Below, piece by piece: positions 1 through 12,009 of a stretch of DNA of 64,000 nt. The DNA is from Naegleria gruberi (taxonomy: Eukaryota), in assembly GCA_000004985.1 (NCBI GenBank), contig GG738868.1, one strand, 5' to 3'. The notes beneath the pieces were generated by a model. That model did not search any database. It saw nothing but the letters and a program-made list of their open reading frames with translations, and was not told the DNA's origin. The position numbers were made by a program, and so were the translations under genes. Position 1 is the stretch's first letter. Each line of letters opens with the position of its first letter.

Positions 1-2473
1 TTTTCATTTCATTTCTGACTTGACACAAGGAGCAGTCATACATGATCATTCCTCTTGTTTGTGAAGTATATTCAAATGTCATGGATTCTAAAACTTCATA
101 AACTTGATACCATGAAAGATTAATCTTAATCATGGAGCTAACCTTTTCAGTGAGAGCCTTGAGGAAATCTTGTAACTTTTGGTTACCAACTGTAGTATTA
201 ACAGGTGAGTTGAGGAATTTTTGTACAAATTGATGGATTTGAGTGCAGAAAAAGTTAGAATGTTGACCTGATGTGATGGTGTTACGAAGACGTTGTTGCA
301 TTTGTTTGACCATTTGGCTGGCATGTTTCTTTCTCTCCTCCGATGAGGCTAATTGTTGAGATTTAATCTCTGATTGAATATCTTCCTTAATATGTTTGAG
401 TTGGAGGAGGTAGGAATCGCCGCGTTCAATTCTACTCTTAAACTTTTCAATAATATGTCTGCTTGTGAGTTTAAAGAAACAAATGTCAATCAAATCATTC
501 TTGCTTGGCATATCTATGAGTGATCTCATTTCTCGTTCAATCTCAAAGTTATCATCCAACACGAATAGTCTTTGAGGTATATTGTTACTCACAAGATTAC
601 CATATCTCAAACAATTGGTGGCAAATCGTTGAGTATTGACAACCTTGATAAGTAAATTCTCTATTAATCCAAGTTGATACATAATCAAGCTGATCTGATT
701 ACTGGTTTGTTTGAGCTTTGTTGTGGCATCCGAAAGATTGGCATGCACTTCTTGAATGGTTTGTCTAAGACCATTCAAAGCAGATGAAGTGTTGGTATCC
801 AAACGAATTTGTGACCCTTCATTGGTCACTCCATAGGCTTGTGTATAGAGATTGTATCGTCCAGCAATCTCTTGATAGGTACTGCTCAGAGTTTTCTTGG
901 TAGTGTTAAGCTCAAAGGATTGAGTGTACAAATGATCAAGTTGTTTCAAATTCTCTGTATTCCAACGTGAAAGCTCCTTGCTGATATCATTCAGTGAAAG
1001 TATCAAGTGTCTCCATTCGTAGGCCAATAAAAGTCTTGAGAGTTGAATAGATTTTTTAAAGTAAAGAGGTGAGTGTTCTCTAATCTTCTCCTCGATGGTT
1101 AATAAATATTGGAATTGTGGTTTGGTGTTAGATTTTTGGGAAAATGGTAAATTGTAGGTACAGGTTGGCTTGGTTGTCCAATCAATTTCTGACAAGACTC
1201 TTATTTTTTCTGTAAGTAATTCCAGTCTCGTTCGGTTAATTTCTTCATTTAACGATTCAATGTGAAAGATTCTGTCAATACTCAAATTCTTCATATTGGT
1301 GGATGAATTCAAATTGTTGCTAGCACTTTCAACTCTTGGTGGAGATTGGCTTGAAAATGATGATAATCCTTTGATGGATTCTCTTAATATCAAAGACTGT
1401 TGCTGTAGAATAAAGCTTCTTTCTTCACGTTCTCTCTTATTTTGCTCATTCTTTTGTATTTTCCTTGTTAGGCCTTCAACAAAAGATGTCAGCTCTTTTT
1501 TGTAACATTCCAAATCCAAAGTGCTTTCTTCATCTTCTGTTGATTTTGCAACATTTGAACTGATGGGCACTAAGCAATTACCACCCAAGGAAATAAATCT
1601 TGAGGGTGACTTGTCCATGCCAACAAACAGTAAATGCTTTAGAACACAAATCCACTCACTTCTTTTTTGTTCACTATCTGTTGATAGGAGTAGAACCTCC
1701 TGTTGATCGTCACTTTTACAGCAGAATGTAAATTTCCTATTAGAATTTCCAATAACTGGGTGTAAAGCTGGTGAATCTTCATCGTCATTGGATTGCCTTC
1801 TAGAGAGAGCATCAGAATTCTTTCTAGGAGTTGTCATTGCTGAGCAAGTACTTGCTGATGAAGATGATGGATTTAAATCAATACACAGATTGTCACCACT
1901 AATAGGAGCAATAAAATCTTCTTGCTCCTCTCTATACATTGGAACGTGATCGGTATTACTGGAGCTACCTTCAATACTCCGTCCTGAATTCAACAATAGA
2001 GGGGATTGATAGCTCGTTGATGTTTGCTGTGCATATACCTCTATAATACTGTCATAAAAAGATTTTTGTGAATAGGAAGTATAATTGAGTGGTAAAATAT
2101 GATGATATTGAAGAAGATTGGTCTTCATCTCGTGATTAATATTCTGTTGATTATTCTGTGGTCGTGTCTTGTATTGATACAAGTGATAATCTGTATGTAT
2201 TTCAAACCATCTTGGTTGTCCTATTTGTAATTTTCCATGTTGCTGACTTGATTCGTAATTTACATCCGATATTGTATTGCTATCCTTCTGTTGTTGCAAT
2301 ATCTGTTGCTGTTGTTGTTGTTGATTATTATATACAATAGGAGATGATGAATCAGAGGAAGAATAAATTATCTTTGAAGGTGTTTTACTCTCTTTTTCTT
2401 CCATCATCATGTTCGAAAAGGCTTCAACTGGATACAGATATCCACAATAAATAATTTCATGATGATTTTCCAT
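1..2473 (-). CDS. PH-like domain and coiled-coil protein, 5' portion (the C-terminal end runs off the window start)
   Basis: Hand translation of the minus strand from the ATG near 2471-2473 (MENHHEIIYCGYLYPVEAF...) stays open for about 820 codons to position 1 with no stop. It contains a Q-run and a PH-domain-like C-terminal helix (RKFTFCCKSDDQQEVLLLSTDSEQKRSEWICVLKHLLF), followed by long coiled-coil-like sequence. It is absent from the ORF track because it lacks a stop inside the window. The antisense track ORFs 1296..1505 and 1521..1706 lie inside it. Confidence 0.55.
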   Translation of the reverse strand, partial: MENHHEIIYCGYLYPVEAFSNMMMEEKESKTPSKIIYSSSDSSSPIVYNNQQQQQQQILQQQKDSNTISDVNYESSQQHGKLQIGQPRWFEIHTDYHLYQYKTRPQNNQQNINHEMKTNLLQYHHILPLNYTSYSQKSFYDSIIEVYAQQTSTSYQSPLLLNSGRSIEGSSSNTDHVPMYREEQEDFIAPISGDNLCIDLNPSSSSASTCSAMTTPRKNSDALSRRQSNDDEDSPALHPVIGNSNRKFTFCCKSDDQQEVLLLSTDSEQKRSEWICVLKHLLFVGMDKSPSRFISLGGNCLVPISSNVAKSTEDEESTLDLECYKKELTSFVEGLTRKIQKNEQNKREREERSFILQQQSLILRESIKGLSSFSSQSPPRVESASNNLNSSTNMKNLSIDRIFHIESLNEEINRTRLELLTEKIRVLSEIDWTTKPTCTYNLPFSQKSNTKPQFQYLLTIEEKIREHSPLYFKKSIQLSRLLLAYEWRHLILSLNDISKELSRWNTENLKQLDHLYTQSFELNTTKKTLSSTYQEIAGRYNLYTQAYGVTNEGSQIRLDTNTSSALNGLRQTIQEVHANLSDATTKLKQTSNQISLIMYQLGLIENLLIKVVNTQRFATNCLRYGNLVSNNIPQRLFVLDDNFEIEREMRSLIDMPSKNDLIDICFFKLTSRHIIEKFKSRIERGDSYLLQLKHIKEDIQSEIKSQQLASSEERKKHASQMVKQMQQRLRNTITSGQHSNFFCTQIHQFVQKFLNSPVNTTVGNQKLQDFLKALTEKVSSMIKINLSWYQVYEVLESMTFEYTSQTRGMIMYDCSLCQVRNEMK

Positions 2474-2738
2474 TATGATATATAGTAAGATGTGATGATA
2501 TTAATATATTTGAATTTAATGATCAAATTCAAAAAATCAAACTCTCTCGGTTGATGATTAACAAGAAATAAATAAATGATGACGCTGATGTGATGAAATA
2601 GTATCTTCTTGTATCCGATTTTATATTATATTGAAGATTCCTTCGGATAAAAAAATATCAATTCTTTGTGATGAAAACGATTTTATGTTTTTGATCGTTT
2701 TTTTTTCTAAGTCCGAAATTTAATTTAACGGAAATGTA

Positions 2739-2755
2739 CTTTTCCCGCCAATTAA
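2739..2755. promoter_or_regulatory. Candidate promoter element TTTTCCCGCCAATTAA (E2F-like TTTCCCGC fused to a CCAAT box), about 270 bp upstream of the PH-domain gene ATG
   Basis: A GC-rich 16-mer in otherwise AT-rich intergenic DNA. A near-identical copy sits at 15850-15864. Confidence 0.3.
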
Positions 2756-2915
2756 GGGTTTGACTTGGGATTTGCTTTATTCATAAAGGTAGGAGGTGTT
2801 TAAGGAGAGTGAATATGAATGAGGAAGTTAAGGAGTAATCAACTAATTACTGGAGGAGTTTAGTTTGTAGAAAAGTTATAAACCATATTTTTGTAATGTC
2901 TATTTTATAATTAAT

Positions 2916-5760
2916 TTACAATAATTGAGTGAAAAGTAAAATGCAGAATACAAATAAGGCAATATCGTAATTCCACATCAATGCACCACTCACTTGAGCA
3001 TTTCTTCCATTGGAAGTAGATGGCATTGGATTTGATGATTCCAAAGTAATTGCATTCACAAATTCCAAAGGTCTTTCAGGAGTATTTACAAGAGTTCCCT
3101 TTTGATCGAGAACTTTGATTTTTGTAATGAATGAACCAATTTGAGGATTATTCTTGGCTTGGAAGGTGAATTTGATAGTTTGTCCTGATTTCATAAATTC
3201 AACAACTGGAATGGTGATTGAAACAGTTCCTTGTTTTGGAGAATTTGACACGATGGCAGTGGAATTCAAAGCTGTTCCTTCTACCATTGTAATTTTCAAA
3301 GTTCCATTGTTGAGGAGTGGAATGGAAGATCCACTGAATGTGAAAACAAACTTTTCTCCATAGAAATGTCTCACTGGTGTCCAAGTTGTAATCTTAACTT
3401 GGTAGGTTGTATCCTTACCAAACATGGTATCCAAAAGATCCAATGAAGCACAAGGTGAATCTTCATATGGAGCAACACCACATCCAACAATCATATCATT
3501 TGGCATCCAAGCTGTCAAATTTGAAATACTGGCCTTGGCAGCGTCACTCACTGGAAAACTCCAAGCATCACAAAATGGTCCCAAATTTCTCCCGACCACT
3601 TTACTAAATCTCGTCATCCATTGATCTCTTTTCTGATCGTCATTCTGTGGTTGTGGTCCATTCTTTTGATAATCAACAAAGGTCTTCCTGATGGCAACCC
3701 AACCAAATGCTTGAATCAAATCCAAGTAGAAGAGCAATCCAGCACTTGTCCAATCACCCTTAAATGGTTGTGTGTTACCCTTGTAGGTTGTTTCGAGTCC
3801 TCTTGGTGGATTGAAACCTTTACCATAGGTGTTGGCACTGTCTGGATAGTGTTCCTCAAGGTAGAGACTGAAGATGTTGCATGTTACTTCACCAGATTGA
3901 TCGTATGTCCAGGCACCTTCTTGGAAATTGTGTCCCAATTCGTGGTAATGACCCCAACGTCCTGGAGTATTCTTTAATTGACCCAAGTTGGCAGGGTTGA
4001 CTGGAAGAATAGTTCCAACGTTCTGATCTAGAAAAGTCATAAAAGGATAGCCCTGAATGCATATAGCCAGCAGATATTTGAATATCAGCTTGCATTCTTT
4101 CCTTATAATCTCTTGTTTGTCTTTGAGATAGTTCATAATACATGGCCACAACATTTCCCCAATATTTGGCCACAGTCGAAACTTCTGACAACTGTCTGGC
4201 TGTTGGAGTGGCTTGTACATTGAAAGCAAAATGTTCTGATTCAATCTCAACCCATGGTCCTGGATAATTTCTAATGGTGCTGTTCCATTCTTGATCGGTG
4301 TGAATTCCATCCTTGAAAAATGGAGTTTTAACAACTTGTCCAATAACTGTCACATCAACAGAGAGTGGAATTGAAGAGACTTCAATATAAATAGTACCGC
4401 CATTCAAGCAAGTAATGGTTCCAGTAGAGTTGGTTGTGGCACTAATTGAAAAAGTTTTGGAAATGGATGGCCATCTACTCCAGGAATCAAGATGTGCAAT
4501 TCCATCAGTGTGTCCACCAATTCTGACATTGGACACACCCTTTGGATTGGACAAGATAACTTCCAAAGTAGCTCCAGGCAAAGCATAGAAACCAGTACAT
4601 TGCCATCTCTTTCTATTTGTGGATACATTCATTTTCAATGTTTCAGTTGGAGCATTTCTATAGGTCAATCCATTATTTGGTAAACCTGGAAATTGTTCTC
4701 CAGCCAAAACTTCTGGATTATTGTCAATTGGTAAAACTTTAGCTTCATTCAAGACGTCAATCATGAAAATGCAAAGTTTAGGCATGTTGGAAGAAACAGG
4801 AAACTTGATTTCAACTCCTGTACATACAGATTCGTATACAGATTTTGCCTTTCCAATAGTTTCAATAGAATTTGGACTAATTGGTTGTTGGAGAGTTGCA
4901 TAAACATTTGATAACATATTTCCAACAGCTTGAACATCAGAACTTTGAATTAATGAAGCATTCACAGCAAATTGATTCTCAATCTGAACCAATTTGAAAT
5001 ACGGATTCATATCCGAAATTGGAATATTCAATGAGGAAACAAAGGCACCACTTGCAAAATAGTAAGTATAGAAAGAGACACCAAGTTTTGCAAAGAGTAC
5101 ATTGCCAGGGAATTGATTTCCTTGCAAGGAGTGTGCCCATGCTGTGGAAACAACTATAATTCCTCCACCTCTGGCCAAGAACGCATCCATCATTTGTTGC
5201 ATTTGAGGAGTAACTTGACCAACACTGTTAAGATTCATAATGACCAAGTCAACTGTTTCCAATGGAAGAATAGTTGTATCGAATGCACTAGTTGTCTTAT
5301 TTTGGACGAAACCTGGAATTTGATTATAGAAAGAAGCACCATTGACACCATGAAGTAAATATTTGGTTTGTTGTTTGTTGCCAGAGGCCCATTTTGCACA
5401 ATTAACAAGTAAACTACCCAAACTAGAGGTTGTAGATGAGGTTGTGGCATAACCATTGTGGCCAAATGCACAAATCTTTCCACTACTTGGATTGGAATTG
5501 TAGGTTGCAGCCATGGCCACAGGTGTGGTTCCAGCAACAATTAGTGGAACAGCGTTGGAGCCATGGGCAAAGAAGTAACCAGCAGCAGAGGATGGGATAT
5601 CAGTAACATTTACAAGAAGAGTACGTCTTACAGTGTCCAAGTCAGTTAAGGACATGCATGTGGCAGAGTTGACTGACAAGAGAATACAAATCAAACATGC
5701 AATAAAAGCAAAAGCACATAGAGTAGTGCTGTTGCTGTTATTAGAATTGTTTAATTTCAT
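2916..5760 (-). CDS. Secreted M60-like (enhancin/TCAF-like) zinc metallopeptidase; reading frame disrupted near 4030-4070
   Basis: ORF 3889..5760 opens with a signal-peptide-like N-terminus (MKLNNSNNSNSTTLCAFAFIACLICILLSV). ORF 2916..4343 carries the HEXXH zinc motif (GRWGHYHELGHNFQEGAW) and ends in a hydrophobic tail (ALMWNYDIALFVFCILLFTQLL) compatible with a GPI or TM anchor. The two ORFs overlap by 455 nt in different frames. The sequence ...QISAGYMHSG reads in one frame and YPFMTFLDQN... in the other, and no GT donor is visible between them. Confidence 0.7.
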
Positions 5761-6286
5761 TTTTTTTGAGTATGACTATCTTCTCTTTCGAATCATCAAG
5801 ATTATAAACGATTTATTCTAAACCCCTTCGTATTATTTAGCAAGGGGTATCTGATTGACATTTTGACTTTTCGTTTGTTTGACATGTATTGAAAAACAAG
5901 ATACACTTTCAGGACAACCAAATCTGTCGAGCTAGGAAGTCCTCAGCCATTCTCAACCAATCCCAACCTCAAATGGCAACCATGCAAAATTTGCCAAACA
6001 TTCACAAGGTTTACTAATGGGAGCTTTTTTGAGAGTTATTATTGAAAAATGTTACATTTTGATGTTGTTGCTTGCCATGATGATGATAATTTGCATACGA
6101 TGTGGGATTGAATAGGTCAATTATTGGGAAAGGACATTACAATTTAAGTGTTGGAAAGGAATTTTCATTTGGTGGTTGATGATGGAGTAATTCGCAAGAT
6201 TTACATTTGGTATAAAGTGAGTTTGTGTTCAATAATAAACTTTACAAATCGAAATTTACAGTTTTAAATTCAAATTTGCATACAAA

Positions 6287-7666
6287 TTATTCATGAACAA
6301 TTTCACAGTCGACCATTAATGAGAAATGATCAGAGGAATGTTTTTCACTTGGTAAACAAGTTTCGTCTATATCTTTAGGAAGTGGAATTGACAATAATCG
6401 TTTCAATTCAATCTTGGAATGTTGCTGAGTATTCCACACAAATATATAATCCAGAGTTGACTTGAAATCAGGTGTATACATCGTGTAGAGTACTTCATTA
6501 TGATCCCAATCAAAGTGAACTCTCATTTCTTCATGATCTTGTGGATTTAATTTACCATACCATGAATACATGGAACGAAAGGATGGATAATTCTTTACGA
6601 AATGAGAAATCAACTCCTTAATACTTTTCATTCGTTTCTTCTTTTCCATTTCCAATTGTTCGAATATTTGTTCTTCTGGAGTATTGGAATCTTTCAAATC
6701 TTGAATGAATTTCTCTTCACAAAATGTTACATGATTAAAGTACCGTTCCAAATCTTCCAATGTAATGTCCTCGATATCAATTCCATCGATGGAAAGTTGA
6801 TTGGTGAGGTCAATTTTCTTATCCTTCGTTAGAGTTCTCCCTGGTAGATGTAACAATTTGTAAATGATTGAATTGGGAGTTGTGTTAAAATCACCAACAC
6901 TCAATACAGGATAATTCGAATATCTATGGTTAACAGATAAGGTATGAGCTATTAGGAGCATTAATTGTCTCAAGCGTACATAATTACACTCAGGTCTCCA
7001 AAATAAGTGAGAATTCGTAATCAATAGTCCATCTTCACTTTCTTTACTTTTCAAAACAAATATTTGAGCAATGTTTCCACTGTGCTTAATTTCCTCCTTT
7101 TCCAAAACAGATTCATCAGTAGAAATATTCAAATGTTGACTATTCGAAAGTAATTCCTGTTCCATCAAGATGACTTCACTTTCCACTAGTTCAAACTTTT
7201 CACTTTTAAAAGCAAATGCCAATCCATAAGGCATTTCTCTGAAATTCTTTGATGGATTATATTGAGCATGATAGAATGATGAATAGCCAAGCTCTTTCAA
7301 TTTATCCTTCCAAAATTCCTCATACTTGTCAACCTCTTGTAAACAAATGATATCCGAATTGTAAAACTCAATTTCATTGAGGAGATTTTCTCTACGAACT
7401 GTCCATAATGCTGCCTTATGATTACAATATGAAAATCCCTCTCTTCTATTGAATAAACTCTGTGCGAGAATATTGTATGTTAGCAGAGTAAAGGAAAACT
7501 TGTGCATTTGATTATTTTGATGTGTGGCTGTTGCTTCCGATTGGTGATTTGCCATGGCTGGAACCTTTTCCTGTTCGTGATGATGTTGTTGCTGCTGCTT
7601 GTGTGATGATGCTTTGATCCATCGACGAGGATAGCCAGAAAAACAGTTCTTCAGGTTTCTATTCAT
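6287..7666 (-). CDS. Endonuclease/exonuclease/phosphatase (EEP) family protein, CCR4/nocturnin-like deadenylase
   Basis: Single 459-aa ORF with EEP motifs (FTLLTYNILAQ, DIICLQEV, LSVGDFNTTPNS, SDHFSL) and a Q/H-rich N-terminus. ATG at 7664-7666. Confidence 0.7.
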   Translation of the reverse strand: MNRNLKNCFSGYPRRWIKASSHKQQQQHHHEQEKVPAMANHQSEATATHQNNQMHKFSFTLLTYNILAQSLFNRREGFSYCNHKAALWTVRRENLLNEIEFYNSDIICLQEVDKYEEFWKDKLKELGYSSFYHAQYNPSKNFREMPYGLAFAFKSEKFELVESEVILMEQELLSNSQHLNISTDESVLEKEEIKHSGNIAQIFVLKSKESEDGLLITNSHLFWRPECNYVRLRQLMLLIAHTLSVNHRYSNYPVLSVGDFNTTPNSIIYKLLHLPGRTLTKDKKIDLTNQLSIDGIDIEDITLEDLERYFNHVTFCEEKFIQDLKDSNTPEEQIFEQLEMEKKKRMKSIKELISHFVKNYPSFRSMYSWYGKLNPQDHEEMRVHFDWDHNEVLYTMYTPDFKSTLDYIFVWNTQQHSKIELKRLLSIPLPKDIDETCLPSEKHSSDHFSLMVDCEIVHE

Positions 7667-7811
7667 TTTTTTAAATGGTGCTTTTTGGCTATTTAAAGAA
7701 ATTAGCTAAATGTGGACATTAAATAATTACTTTTATCACTGTTTCTCGTATTTTCTCCTCAATTCTGTAAATTCATTCCCAAATATAAATATATTTGAGA
7801 GGTTTTAAAGT

Positions 7812-10800
7812 TTAATCCAAATCATATTCCTGATCAGATGGAGAGGAAGGTCGTGAACCTGAGGTTCCAGATGGTGTAACTTCTGATGACTTTTCTGGTG
7901 GGCTATCAACATCAGTTTCAACACGATATTTGGATGTAGTCGTTGTGGTTGTTGAATGGTCTGCAACTGTTTCAGTAAATTCATCCTCTTCTAACAAGTC
8001 AGTATCATTATTCAACATTGGTTGAATTTGAATGTCTCTGGCATATTCCATTTCAACATTGTGAATTTCAGAAGAAATTGCTTTGGCCAATCTTTCAGCA
8101 TCATCTGGGAATGGAATATGATAGGATTCTCTGTTTTGAGAGAGCAATTGTTGCTTCAGACTCTTAATTTCAGCATTGGTACTCTTGAGCAATTGTGTCT
8201 TTTGTTGGACAAGTTCCAAAAATTCTGGTGATGAATTCTCTTGTTTCTCAAGTGCCTTGAGTTCCTTTCTGATATTATAATTTCGGAAAATAACATGTCC
8301 TTGCAGGTATTGCCAATAGCTGATAATTTCCTCAATTTCTTGTTGGGAGCAATAGTGTTGAATTCTAACATTGTTGCCATTGATATACGTTGGGAAATAA
8401 TTCAAAATCTTATCCATAACAAAATCGTTTGTGGAGAGAGTACTATTCCAAACAAGAGGAAGATACTCAATCGAGTATTTGATCCAATTCATAGCTTCCT
8501 TGAAATTCTTTGAAATTGTCTTTAAACCTCTTGAATAAATTTGTTGTAAACAGACAGCAGTGTATGTGAGAATATCCTTCTCTCTACTTAATTTCTTATC
8601 TCCATGTAATTCTGTGAGCTCCTTATCATAAATAATACCCATCAAGAATGAGCTAATAGATCTATCAAATGTCTTTCTGTACAAATAATGCAATCCATAA
8701 TGATACCAAGTTGCAACAAAGCAGAATAATGAGTACAACTCATTCAAAGAAGATACCACCTTGGTATTTGGTATGTCATCCACAGTCAAGTTCACAAGTG
8801 CCATGTATTCGTTGAATTTGTTTTGATCGGATTTTTCAGAGCTTGCACACAAATCCAAGAGCTTTCTCTGGAAGAGTGAGTAGAATACTTGATCGGCAAT
8901 GGTATACTTCATTGGAACAATTTGATCTATGGCACAGAGGAACACTGGATAGTTGGCAATTCTTGCATCATACTGCAAGGACATGGAGTAAGTGTAAGTG
9001 CTATTGACCTGACCTTGACAGAGTTGGAAGCACTTATTGCAGAGCTCATTATATTGGTGTTGGAATTGCTTCTTCTCCCTTTCTCTCTTTTCCTTTTGTT
9101 GTTCAATATAAATATTAAGCTCCTCAATAAACTTTTTGTTTTGGAAATTCAATTCGTCCTGAACCTCTTTTGGAATGATAGCTCTCCATCTCTCAATGGA
9201 TATTTCCATGAGAACATCTCTGTAAGTTTTAGGATAATCGGCGATAATTTGCTCAAGCGAATCAACTTCGAGTCCAGAGTGCTCTGTTGGAATTTTTTCT
9301 TCAACGGTGGCAGGTTTAGCTTCTTGATCATTATGTTCTTCATTATGATGGTGGTGATGTCCACTGCAACAGCCATGATGGTGGTGATGATGGTGATGAT
9401 GATCATCATGACAGCTGTCTGCCTTCTTCAATTTCTTCAAGGATTCCTTGAGCTCCTTGATATTCTGCTCGATAGAATCTTGGAGATGCTTATCCTTTGA
9501 AATAAAGTCTTTCTCTTCCAAATTAACTCTACTATTATCCACATATAAGAGGCAGTAAGCACTAGAGTTGATATCCTTGTCAATACCACTTGAAGTTCTC
9601 ATGACTTCCTCTTCAGTAACCTCAGTCACCTTCATATCATTGAATTTCCACCAACAATTTTGACCTGTATCAAAATAGTAAATGTAATAATGTCCGCTCG
9701 AAGCCAAGCTTCCTTCATGAACTAGAATACCACACAGATCGTATGGTTTCTCCTTCATATCATCGAACATGGTAGCAACATTTTCTTTGAGAGTATCGAT
9801 TTCATTCTTTAACTTTTCAACCTTTTTAGAAACTTGTTGTCTTATATTCTCAAATACCTTGACAGCACTTTCAATAGATTGAACAGAGGTACCTCCTGAT
9901 AGCTCGTGTTGATATTGAGCTACATATTCGAGAGCGCCTGCAAATAAATATTCAATGGAAATTCCCTTATTATCATTATAATTTAAATAGCCATCTAATT
10001 GTTTTTCCAAATCTGCAATCTTTTGTTTGATTTGTTTGATATTTTCTCGTTTAGTTGTAGTTTCTTTGGTTGTGTAAAGGAATTGTGAAATGATAATAAA
10101 ACTTACTAACTTTGTTCGTCTCCAGATATCTATCCAAATAAATCACCTCTTGGAATTCAAATGGTAGATTAATCTTGTGAGCAACCTTTTTGGTAGTATC
10201 AAAAGAGGTTCTTTGGAGTTGAACTAATAATACAGGTGGTGGTGTTTTAAACCAGGTAGTTTTTACAGCTTTTGTCTTGTAAGATGTGCTGACAGCATAA
10301 TCTGCAACCTCAGTGATAGAATAATCATCGAGAGAAGAATAAAAATCTTTCAGCTGTTCACTCACATTCAAAATTAAATTACAAAGTTCAGAGTATTTAC
10401 TGATACAGACTTTTGTTGACTCTGTATCCAAATACTCCAACTCTTCTGTACAGATACCATAGAAAATTTGTTTGATTGGGTTTTCAAGACTGATATTGTT
10501 GGTCTTGTTCTCGATTTTTTCTTCCCATTCCTCTGAGAACATTCTCTCAAGTAGGATCAAAACCTTACTATAGAATTCTATTAAAGTAAATGTTTTTTGA
10601 GTATGATTAGTAATATTGACAACGTACCACTAATATCTTCTTGATGTCCAAGATTGACATCAATTCCCTCCTTTGAAAGAGCCTCTACAAGAGGAGATGG
10701 ATCAATAAATGTCTTGTTAGTCATGATCATACTTGCAAACAATTTTTGAGATTCCTTAATGAATGTCACTATATTATTATTAGTCCAATAAAATCTCTAA

Positions 10801-11860
10801 TTGATATATACTTACAATCCTTATCTGCTTGCTTTTGTAAATTCTCATTAGAGTAAACTTGTTGATGTTGAGTAATCCTCTTATCTGTTGTTGCACTACT
10901 TGTAGTGGTTAATGATTTTTCAATCTTTGCTTGAACTCTACTCATAAAACTCTCCTCAGAAAATGAGAATAACAATTGTTTCAACTTGGGAATCATAAAA
11001 AGTGCTTGAAATAACGAATTGACATAACAAGTATTTCCAATATTTTTCAATCCAATAGGAACATGTAGTTGTTTTCTATATTTCTCAATAGGAGATTTTG
11101 GTTCAGAATCTCGTTTTTGATCTTGTAATGATGCTTCAATGGCTCTATTGAGTGCATCATCTTCAAAGCTAGTATTATTTGATGATGAGAATTGTCTATT
11201 ATTTTTGTTATTATTATTCGTTGAAAAGTAATCATCATCGGTATTGTGTCTATTATTATTAACAGTTGTCGGAGAGAGTTGATCAAAGGATGTATCAAAG
11301 TAGAAATCATCATTTCTATGACTATTGCTAATTACAGTGTCATCCTCAAGGTTTGGCATATCAGGATCATCAATATGCTTTTCTTCTTCTTGTTCATGAT
11401 GATGATGTTGATTGTGATGATGTTTAAATTCATTATTAGAAGTGTACATGACTGGAGAGACTTCTCCACTTGTTGTAGCAGTTGTGGAATCATCAGAATC
11501 ATAATTATATCTATTTACTACATCATCTGCTGCAGAGTGATGATGGTGATGATGATTAGATCCTCCATACACAACTGTATCATCAATTGTAGGTTCATCT
11601 TCATGATGATGGTGATGATGAACAACAGCTACTTGATTATTAGACTGCTGATCATTCTCCATCGATAATACACTCGGATCATCCGAAGCTGCCAATAACA
11701 AATCGAAGGCTCTCTCAACATTATTATTGCATTTCCTCAAGGCCTGTATTGCCTGATCTCTCCCAAAACCAGCATCTACAATCTGACTGATGGAATCCTC
11801 ATTGATCGGTGACGACGACGGATACATCATTGAATTTCCGTAGCTGCTACTGAGAGGCAT
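7812..11860 (-). CDS. Ubiquitin carboxyl-terminal hydrolase, USP25/USP28-like (N-terminal UBA, split USP catalytic domain, long C-terminal region)
   Basis: Four exons joined by short introns: about 10064-10106 (43 nt), 10578-10627 (50 nt) and 10769-10815 (47 nt), with GTAAGT/GTACGT donors. N-terminal UBA-like segment (SISQIVDAGFGRDQAIQALRKCNNNVERAFDLLL). Cys box GLKNIGNTCYVNSLFQALF. QQD-like box QEDISGEFYSKVLILLERMF. His box GILVHEGSLASSGHYYIYY...AYCLLYV. His-rich inserts (HHHHHHHHHGCCSGHHHHH). Exon phases are consistent across all junctions. Confidence 0.8.
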
Positions 11861-12009
11861 TTTATTTATGGATTACTGGTTCCTCACAGAAAGTGCATTG
11901 TGGTAATTGTGAAGAAAGAACACAATCAAGTTCTTTACCAAATGTAACAATATGATAATTGGTAACAAGTTGTATTTTCTCTTGTGAAAGAAGGATAGTA
12001 TTTGAATCA

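Noticed and set aside
8889-9500. 203-aa plus-strand ORF (MIGNGILHWNNL...VVMMVMMIIMTAV...), strongly hydrophobic
   Set aside because: It lies antisense to the His/Glu-rich coding repeats of the USP gene. Its composition (runs of M, V, I, L) is the mirror image of CAT/CTC codon repeats. There is no independent coding signal.
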